This document shows, in pieces, positions 55,021-64,000 of a stretch of DNA of 64,000 nucleotides. Positions within the stretch are counted from its first letter, which is position 1. Each line of letters opens with the position of its first letter. A program made the position numbers and the translations under genes. The notes under the pieces were generated by a model. It searched no databases. It was given only the letters and a program-made list of their open reading frames with translations, and was not told the DNA's origin. Source of the DNA: Octopus vulgaris (Eukaryota); NCBI GenBank assembly GCA_951406725.2, contig OX597821.1, positions 91,636,001 to 91,700,000 of the forward strand. The letters run 5' to 3'.

Positions 55021-55316
55021 CACACACACACATACACACACACACATCCGAACAATCATGTGTCTACTCTGTGTAGATGCAGTAGAAATATCTCGTGTAC
55101 AGAAGATATACAGCTTTGTGTTTATTTACATTTAAATTTTGATAAATATTTATATCATCAAATAGAATATGTGTATTAACTGTCTTGCAGTCTGACTTGA
55201 ATTTTCATTGTAATGAGTCTTTCATTCTTTGTTTCATCAGTGACATCACTATGATTGGTTGATAAACACATCATAGCATCTATTTTGACATCACTACCTC
55301 ACTCTTTTAGGTGATA

Positions 55317-55701
55317 CTAGCAGTATCGCCCGGCGTTGCTCAGGTTTGTAAGGGAAATAACTATAAAGCATTTTTAGAGAGTTATAGCCCAAAAATAGCA
55401 AAAAAATGGGAAAAAAATTATGGTAAATTTTTTTTTGAGAGTAAAAAAAGGTTGAGTTGCGTCCCCTAGACAGTCTGTGGTTTGTTTTTTATTCTCGACC
55501 CCATGTCGAATTTATCGATTTTTTTCAGAACTGGGGTTAACTTTTCAAAATTTTCGCTGCGTTAGTTTTGAATTATGACATTGGGCTATGTGTGTGTCAA
55601 GTTTCATCAGAATCGGTTGAAAGCCGTGGTCAGGGTGAGGGTACGAGAAAACAGATACACAGAAACACGCACAGACAAACTGCCGTTTATATATAGAGAG
55701 A
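55317..55701 (-). mobile_element. Non-autonomous Helitron (second subfamily)
   Basis: Minus strand A|TCTCTCTATATATAAAC 5' end. Same 3' hairpin and CTAG|T as 40302. Confidence 0.88.
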
Positions 55702-55793
55702 TTAAGTTACGTCCATTCTTTTGGAAGCATTTATAGAAGGTTTCCACTCTGGTGTTAATCCCTCCTTGTATTCCACTAGTCTTGGAGAAGTTA

Positions 55794-56028
55794 CTCTCTT
55801 TACTCTTTACTCTTTTACTTGTTTCAGCCATTTGACTGCAGCCATGCTGGAGCACCGCCTTTAGTCGAGCAAATCGACCCCAAGACTTATTCTTTGTAAG
55901 CCTAGTACTTATTCTATCGGTCTCTTTTGCCAAACCTCTAAGTTACAGGGATGTACACACACCAGCATTGGTTGTCAAGTGATGTTGGGGGGACAAACAC
56001 AGACACACAAACATATACACACACATAC

Positions 56029-56040
<12 letters not shown>
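55794..56040 (-). mobile_element. SINE family A 3' half
   Basis: Truncated at the internal microsatellite. Confidence 0.85.
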
Positions 56041-56079
<39 letters not shown>

Positions 56080-56275
56080 ATAATTAAAAATATATGCATA
56101 CATACGAACATATATGTACGTACCTACATCTACATGTATATATACATGCATAAAGAAATAAATATACGTAAGTACAGGACGCCACACCAAGACGTAGAAA
56201 CGGGAAAAACAAAAATTTAACGACAAGTACAGGACAGGCTACACAAGGAAAAATCCAAAAATATATATATATACA

Positions 56276-56894
56276 TATTTAACATACATAATTAATTTAA
56301 AAGTGATAGGTTATCCATTTCTTTGAGAAAAAAATATTATATGAGTGATGGTTTTACTTTATTGAAACAGCTGTTAAGCACAACTCAAATTTTGTGTCAG
56401 ATGTAATTTATGTTTCTTTTTTTTTTATTATAAACATGCATGCACACACACACACACACACACAAGCACACACATGCAGAGAAATGTCAATAAAAGCATA
56501 AATTTCATGTATAATAATAATATATAATATTATATATACACATATATGTGACATATATGTGTGTGTATGTGCATTTGTGTATCTTTGTACCTGTGTTTGT
56601 TCCCCATCAACACTTGACGATCAGTGTTGTTGTGTGTTTATGCCCACATAACTCCGTTCAGCAAGGGAGACAAATAAAATAAATACTGGGCTTAATAAAA
56701 AAACCTAGTTTCAATTCGTTTGACTAAAACTCCTTAAGCTAATGCTCCAGCCTGGCCACATTCTAATGACTGAAACCAGTGAAAGAGGAAAGATAAAAGA
56801 TAATAGTCGCAGGTCAAATAATTCTATGTATTTGGGATTCGACAGATGGATATTCTTCAGACATTTCTATGCATGCGTGTACTTATGTGTGTGC

Positions 56895-56940
<46 letters not shown>

Positions 56941-57106
56941 ATGCGTGTTTATAATAAAAAACAAAGAAACATAAATTACATCTGACACAAAATTTGATTT
57001 GTGCTTAACAGCTGTTTCAATAAAGTAAAACCATCACTCATGTAATATTTTTTTCTCAAAGAAATGGATAACCTATCACTTTTAAATTAATTATGTATGT
57101 TAAATA
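56276..57106. repeat. Near-perfect inverted repeat, ~165 bp unique arms plus (CA)n/(TG)n
   Basis: 56276-56442 is the reverse complement of 56939-57106 with about 4 differences by eye. Confidence 0.92.
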
Positions 57107-57405
57107 CATAAATGATAATGTTCTTACTCTATTACAATTGCTTCTGAGCAGAGTTGATTCATGAATTATACATGAAATTTATGCTTTTATGCTTTTTGTT
57201 CTAAATATGTTGTTCGTCTTTCATTTTAACCAATTCTATACACAAATGCAAGTTTAATGCAACAGGATTTACTGCATTCGAAGAATGTATTGGAATATAC
57301 AAAGTGTTATTAACTGAGTTCTTAAATTCAGGAGATATATTTTGTGATAGTTATACATGAGTTCAGTGTATGTATATTTCTAAACCAACTTAGAAGCACC
57401 TAGTT

Positions 57406-57623
57406 ACTCTTTTACTCTTTTACTCTTTTACTTGTTTCAGTCATTTGACTGCGGCCATGCTGGAGCACCGCCTTTATTCAAGCAAATCGACCCCGGGACT
57501 TATTCTTTGTAAGCCCAGTACTTATTCTATCGGTCGCTTTTGCCAAACCGCTAAGTGATGGGGACGTAAACACACCAGCATTGGTTGTCAAGCAATGCTA
57601 GGGGGACAAACACAGGCACACAA

Positions 57624-57654
<31 letters not shown>

Positions 57655-57826
57655 CATATATACGACAGGCTTCCTTCAGTTTCCGTCTATCAAATCCACT
57701 CACAAGGCATTGGTCGGCCCAGGGCTTTAGCAGAAGACACTTGCCCAAGATGCCACACAGTGGGACTGAACCCAGAACCATGTGGTTGGTTAGCAAGCTA
57801 CTTACCACACAGCCACTCCTGTGCCT
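57406..57826 (-). mobile_element. SINE family A copy
   Basis: Full length. Confidence 0.9.
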
Positions 57827-58424
57827 TAGTTGGTATTCTACAAAAATAAAGAGATTCTCAAACAGGATGGTTGTGGAAATAGCTTAGAAAAAACCCAAAT
57901 AAATACCCTTATAAGATGGAACATTTAAGATGGCCAGCAACTCTCCACAGGAAATTGAACTCTGCACCTTTCAAATCCTGGCTGAGGGCTATGTATCATT
58001 AAGCTAAAAGGGCCCCTGACAACAAATACCATCGATTTATGATGCTAAATAATAGCTTTTTGGAATGTGAGGACATTCTGCAGACAAACTTAGAAACACT
58101 GTATGAGTCAGTATCCTACAGAAAATAAAGGAATTCTTGAATGAAGGGTGACTCTCCAGTTTTCTAAGCAGTCTTCATAGCCATCTTGTTTTCAAGGAGT
58201 CCTTTATTTTGTGTAAAATCTATATATTTATAAAATCTTCAATTTTTTAAACTCTCATTTTCTCATTTCTCCACAAAATGAATGTGAAAAACTGTTATAT
58301 TCTACACTTCCCATGGCAAATAAATAAGCCTAGTTTTCTGAGTTTTATATATTGGCTGATATTACCAGCACAGAGCCTTTGTCAATTTATAAGAAATCTA
58401 AGAAGTTATTCGAAAATTATTACC

Positions 58425-58426
<2 letters not shown>

Positions 58427-58485
<59 letters not shown>

Positions 58486-58598
58486 TGATGATGATGATGA
58501 TGATAATGATGATAATAATAGTAATAATAATAATGATGGTGATGATGCTGATGATGATAATGATGACAACGACGACGATGATGATGATGATGATGATT

Positions 58599-58629
<31 letters not shown>

Positions 58630-58632
58630 TTA
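58427..58632. repeat. (TAA)n-(GAT)n-(TTA)n compound array
   Basis: Seen directly. Confidence 0.95.
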
Positions 58633-59116
58633 TAAATGATAATAGTAATAGTAATAATTTCTTTATTAGTAGCAGGGGCATAGATGAGAGGGACATCACA
58701 AGGGCTAGATGGCTGCAACACAAGGATGCTACGGATGACCCTAAATGTAAAATGACAGCAACATATGTCAACCAGAAGCCTTTATAGAGATTTGCCAAAA
58801 GTTAGCATGAAGCGTGGACAAAGACAGCTGCAAATATCTGATTACTGTTTGCACCACCTTGAGCTGGAAGCATCCAAATAAGTCTTGTGGAACCCACTTG
58901 GTCACAGACACTAACCTGGAATATATTCAGAACCTTGAGGCAGTGAGGTTGGACTGAGAAGTGTGGTGGGTAGACTTTGTTGCTGCAGCCTGGGTTGGAA
59001 CCTGGCCATGAAAAAATATAAAATCACAAGGAGAAACAATGATATGTGAGTGGGGGTTACATGAAGGATGGAAGAAAGTAATGGGAAAAACAGTGAAATG
59101 TGATAAAAAGATACAC

Positions 59117-59519
59117 AGCAGGAGTGGCGCAGGAGTGGCCGTGTGGTAAGTAGTTTGCTTACCAACCACATGGTTCCGGGTTCAGTCCCACTGCGTGGCA
59201 TCTTGGGCAAGTGTCTTCTGTTATAGCCTCGGGCCGACCAATGCCTTGTGAGTGGATTTGGTAGACGGAAACTGAAAGAAGCGCGTCGTATATATGTATA
59301 TATATATCTATGTGTGTGTATATGTTTGTGTGTCTGTGTTTGTCCCCCCACCATCGCTTGACAACCGATGCTGGTGTGTTTACATCCCCGTCACTTAGCG
59401 GTTTGGCAAAAAGAGACTGATAGAATAAGTCCTGGGGTCGATTTGCTTGACTAAAGGTGGTGCTCCAGCATGGTCGCAGTCAAATGACTGAAACAAGTAA
59501 AAGAGAAAAGAGTAAAGAG
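59117..59519 (+). mobile_element. SINE family A copy
   Basis: Full length. Confidence 0.9.
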
Positions 59520-59732
59520 CATACAAAGTATGTTATAAACTCCATGTAGGGTCAATCAAGGAACCCTACAGATTCAGGATTACTCTGACCACAAATGGTA
59601 TGAGCCCTCTTTCCAATTTACAGATGCATACTGAGTGAAAAGCCTTTCACTCTAACCATTTTTACGACAGACACCCGTGTTTCCACAAATTCACTGGGAG
59701 TGCACTTACCCCTTGGCATCACTTGACTGAAG

Positions 59733-60037
59733 GTGGAGGCACATGGCCTAGTGGTTAGAGCAGTGAACTCGGGGTCGAGGGATCACGGGTTCGAATCTCA
59801 GACTGGGTGATGTGTGTGTTTATGAGTGAAACACCTAAGCTCCACGTGGCTCCAGCAGAAGGTAATGGCGAGCTTCTGCTGACTCTTTTCGCCACAACTT
59901 TCTCTCACTCTTTCCTCCTGTGTCTTGCAGCTCACCTGCAATGGACTGGCGTCCCGACCAGGTGGGGAACCTATACACCAAGGAAACCAGGAAACCAGCC
60001 CTTATGAGCCAGGCATGGCTTGAGAAGGTACAAACAA
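59733..60037 (+). mobile_element. tRNA-derived SINE family D, tail type Z
   Basis: 12 bp TSD acttgactgaag at 59721-59732 and 60038-60049. B box ggttcgaatc. Confidence 0.88.
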
Positions 60038-60480
60038 ACTTGACTGAAGAGGAAGGTGTCTTCCCTTAATCCTTTCAGCCTTGTCACCCAACAACAACAA
60101 CAGTATGTAAAATAATTCAAATTCATTTAAAACTATTGTAATTTGTAGAAGTATTGATATTTATGTTTTGTAATAATTCATTATTATTGAAATTGATTTT
60201 AGCTAAAAGTGGAGTTATATAAATTAGGGTATTGAATAAATAATGAAATTTATTGTTAAATATTTTTGTTCTTTAAATACTCATGTGTTTGGATGATTTC
60301 TTTCTTTTAATATAAACATATAGTGTTATTGTTACATATGTGTGACCTTTATATTGCAAACAACAGCGAGAATTTTGTCAGTTCTGTTAAGCATCATGTT
60401 CACACAAAGTGCATTGAAACCTTTTGATTTTGTGCCAATTATGTGCAAAACTAATGAACGATGCATCAGAAGACTTATCT

Positions 60481-60903
60481 TTCTCTTTTTCTCTTTTACT
60501 TGTTTCAGTCATCTGACTGTGGCCATGCTGGAGCACCGCCTTTCAGTCGGGCAAATCGCCCCCCAGGACTTATTCTTTGTAAGCCTAGTATTTATTCTTA
60601 TCCTATCGGCTCTTTTGCCGAACTGCTAAGTAACGGGGATGTAAACACACCAGCATCGGTTGTCAAGCGATGTTGGGGAGACAAACACAGACACACAAAC
60701 ACACACACATACACACATATATATATATATACATATATACGACGGGCTTCTTTCAGTTTCCATCTGCCAAATCCACTCACAAGGCTTTGGTCGGCCCGAG
60801 GCTATAGTAGAAGACACTTGCCCAAGGTGCCACGCAGTGGGACTGAACCCGGAACTATGTGGTTGGTAAGCAAGCTACTTACCACACAGCCACTCCTGCG
60901 CCT
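60481..60903 (-). mobile_element. SINE family A copy
   Basis: Full length. Confidence 0.9.
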
Positions 60904-61761
60904 GATAATTATTTTTTTTTTAAATTAGTGCTGATGAGATAATGACACCTAATAAGAAGAGCATGGTGATGGTCAAGAGATTGAAAACATTTTTATTGCT
61001 ACACGTGAACAATGTTCTGTAATTGTTTATTTATATTATCGATTTGGTGTTCTTGAAATAAAAATATAATCTTTATTTCTTTTTACAATTTAAAACTACA
61101 TTGTTTTTATATCCATTGATTCGCTGTTATCTATATAGATTATTTTAAAATTTAATTTCAAATGTATTCATTGCTTTAACACGGACATAAACAACTGATA
61201 CAACAGTGTATATGTTTGCATTAAAAGAACTTTGTGTATTCAATAAGGAAAGCATTCAAAGAACAAAAGTATTCAATGATGAAAGTAATTCATAAATAAT
61301 TTGGTATGCTAATATCCAGTATCACCAATAATTATAAAAAAAAAAACTGCCAATATTTTATTGCCAAATTTATAATTTTTTTTCTCTCTTTTTTCTGTGT
61401 ACAGAACTAGTAATTATAATTTCGACAATACAGCAAACCAGTTAAGTAGATGTAAACAACACATCATTGAGTACAATTATTTATAGAGTTTCATCATCAT
61501 AAGGTGTGAAGCTATGAATATGCACATGGTGTTGTTTACAGTGAATACAGAGTGTCATTTTGTTTGAATCTTCATCAAATGCACATCTTGTTATGGTTAT
61601 CTCTAGCCAGCACTGATTTTGCTAGAATGTTTTGTATCCGAGATACTGCATTGTCAAGTTGCTACTACAGTTGGGTTTTACTGACTGGTTATATGTTGAT
61701 ACGGCAGTAAGTTTGCCTGTAGGCCTACGTAGCTTTTTTTTTTATATTTTTACATCCTTAA

Positions 61762-61970
61762 CCCTTTCATTTCCTGAAACCGGCTCTAGCTCCATCATAC
61801 AAATGTCTTGTTTTCATAAGTTTTGAATTTATATTTCCACGAAACCTCAGTCACAACTTATGTTCCTAACACTAGCTGAGTGATAACTAAGATATTTTAC
61901 TAAATTTGTTATATTTAAAGTAATTGAAAGAAACACAGAGCATCTCAAAATAAATACAGTAATGAAAGGG
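61762..61970. mobile_element. piggyBac-type MITE family 1
   Basis: TTAA|CCCTTTCATT ... AATGAAAGGG|TTAA. Inverted homolog of 14189-14409. Confidence 0.85.
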
Positions 61971-62708
61971 TTAAGGTACATTCTCAGATAAAAGTCACAC
62001 ACAAAATTCTGTATTATCCTATTATACTAGTGTTAGTCAAAAATTAGTCAAGTAATCGTCTTATAAACAGATACAAGGTTGCCTCAATGTCTCCGCAACA
62101 AGATAGTCATCCAACACAGTGGTGATTAATAATCAAACCTAGGGGAAGCATTTCTTAGCTGATAGCATGTGTAGACGGGTTAATTTCTAAGAAATTAAAC
62201 CCATTAGCTTTCAACTAGACTATTTATTATTGCTGCCAGGAATTGGCATGCCAATTGCCATAAAGCTGATCACTCATAAGTTGATGATGACTTGTATGCC
62301 ATATTTCAGGAGACTTTGTTCTTTCATCAGCAACCTTATGTAAAACTAGGATATCAATATCATTATATCACTATATCTAGTAGCTACCTAAGTAATGAGT
62401 TTGTGGATGGTTAATGTGTGTGTGTGTGTATGTGAGACATATATGTATGTATGTATATATATATATATATATATATAATTGATATAGGATAAAATTTTTC
62501 AGGAAAAAATTTTTATCAATGGCCAGCATATCAAAAAATGCCTTTAAAGGTAAAATTTATACATAATTTAATTGTATATATATATATATACTGTTGTGTC
62601 TGGGGAGAGTCATTCTCTTTTAGTGCCTTATTATTTAACACACTCACCGGTAAAATTTCCACTTATTTCTTATTTTCATTTTCTAAAATTTTCGTTGTGT
62701 GTTGCAAC

Positions 62709-62745
<37 letters not shown>

Positions 62746-62749
<4 letters not shown>

Positions 62750-62896
62750 GTTAGGAAGGGCATCCAGCTGTAGAAACACTGCCAGATCTGACTGGCCTGG
62801 TGCAGCCTTCGGGCTCCCCAGACCCCAGTTGAACCGTCCAACCCATGCTAGCATGGAAAGCGGACGTTAAACGATGATGATGATGATGATGATGAT
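62746..62896 (+). mobile_element. Retroposon family C 3' fragment
   Basis: ggcgttaggaagggcatccagc...(gat)n. Confidence 0.85.
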
Positions 62897-62905
62897 GTAT
62901 GTATG

Positions 62906-62939
<34 letters not shown>

Positions 62940-62943
<4 letters not shown>

Positions 62944-63145
62944 AAGTTAATCCAAACAAGAAAGCACAAAAGAAACACAACGCGAGGACATGGAACAAAT
63001 ATAGTATTATTGGACGCTCAGGAAGGAAGGAAAGAAGGAAAGTTTAACGTTTCGAGTGGAGCTCTTCGTTGGAAACATAAGAGAAGGAAAGATCCAGAGA
63101 AGGGAAGACAGAGGAAAAAAAATCGCCACCGAGGTCACATGTCAC
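62940..63145 (-). mobile_element. Penelope-like terminal fragment with a minimal hammerhead-like motif in (TA)n
   Basis: Minus strand gttt-CCAACGA-a-GAG..CTC-GAAA-cg-TT-aaac at 63042-63076. Confidence 0.6.
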
Positions 63146-63226
63146 ACATATATATGTATATATCTATATCTATATATATATGTGTATGTGTGTGTGTGTG
63201 TGTGTATGTGTTATTATCTTCATCCT

Positions 63227-63450
63227 CAAGGTGGTGAGCTGGCAGGATCATTAGCAGGCTGGCCAAAATGCTTAGCAGTATTTCATCCGTCTTTATATTG
63301 TGAGTTCAAATTCCACTGAGGCTGGCTTTGCCTTTCATTCTTTCAGGGTCAATACATTATGTACCAGTCAAGTATTGGGGGTCGATGGGATCGACTATCC
63401 TCCTATCCTCACAAATTCCAGGCCTTGTGCCTATAGTAGAAAGGTTATTA
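63227..63450 (+). mobile_element. SINE family B copy (diverged)
   Basis: Colinear with family B. Confidence 0.8.
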
Positions 63451-63494
63451 TCTTCATCCACATCCACATCCTTATCATTATCATCATTGCTGTT

Positions 63495-63815
63495 GTGCCG
63501 GTGGCATGTAAGAGAACCATCCGAATGTGGCCATTGCCAGCACCACCCTGACTGGCCTCCGTGCCGGTGGCACGTAAAAAGCACCATCCGATCGTGGCCA
63601 TTTGCCAGCCTCGTCTGGCACCTGTGCAGGTGGCGCATAGAAAGCACCCACTACACTCTCGGAGTGGTTGGCGTTAGGAAGGGCATCAAGCTGTAGAAAC
63701 ACTGCCAGATCAGACTGGGCCTGGCACAGCCTTCTGGCTTCCCAGACCCCAGTTGAACCGTCCAACCCATGCTAGCATGGAAAACGGACGTTAAACGATG
63801 ATGATGATGATGATG
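63495..63815 (+). mobile_element. Retroposon family C copy with three monomers
   Basis: Three gtgc.ggtggc units, body and (GAT)n tail. Confidence 0.9.
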
Positions 63816-63826
63816 ACTAGCGTTAT

Positions 63827-64000
63827 TAAGGTGGTAGGTTGGCAGAATTGTTAGTATGCTGAGTGAAGTACTTAGCAGTATTTCCCCCATCACTATGTTC
63901 TGAGTTCAAATTCCACCGAGGTCAAATTTGCCTTTCATCCTTTCAGGGTCGATAAATTAAGTACCAGTGAAACACTGGGGTTAATGTAATTGACTAGTCC
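63827..64000 (+). mobile_element. SINE family B copy (runs off the window)
   Basis: Head and central domain match. Confidence 0.8.

Noticed and set aside
55200-55245. Minus-strand CTGATGA...GAAA hammerhead-like match
   Set aside because: No credible stem II or stem I pairing
61407-61490. Strong acceptor ttttctgtgtacag followed by a short ORF
   Set aside because: No good donor and an unrecognised 26 aa peptide. Expected by chance in AT-rich DNA

Overview
AT-rich animal genomic DNA, most likely a coleoid cephalopod (Octopus-like). That assignment is an inference from the SINE families and the very high microsatellite density. I see no intact protein-coding gene. Nearly all ORFs in the track are artefacts of simple repeats or SINE sequence. 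The window is intronic or intergenic and packed with repeats. There are four abundant SINE-like families (my labels A-D) and decayed LINE fragments (RTE, CR1/Jockey-like, Ingi/Vingi-like, R4/Dong-like with restriction-like endonuclease). Penelope-like remnants include a GIY-YIG fragment, tail-to-tail hairpins and minimal hammerhead-ribozyme-like motifs, mostly within (TA)n/(CA)n tracts. DNA elements are a deleted mariner, TTAA-flanked piggyBac-type MITEs, two non-autonomous Helitrons and a foldback element. The best leads are the hammerhead-bearing mini-elements in microsatellites, an R4/Dong-like LINE apparently targeting (CATA)n, head/tail-shuffled SINEs, a retroposon with variable tandem 5' monomers, and a young near-perfect inverted duplication. 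Coordinates were read by eye and may be off by a few bases.
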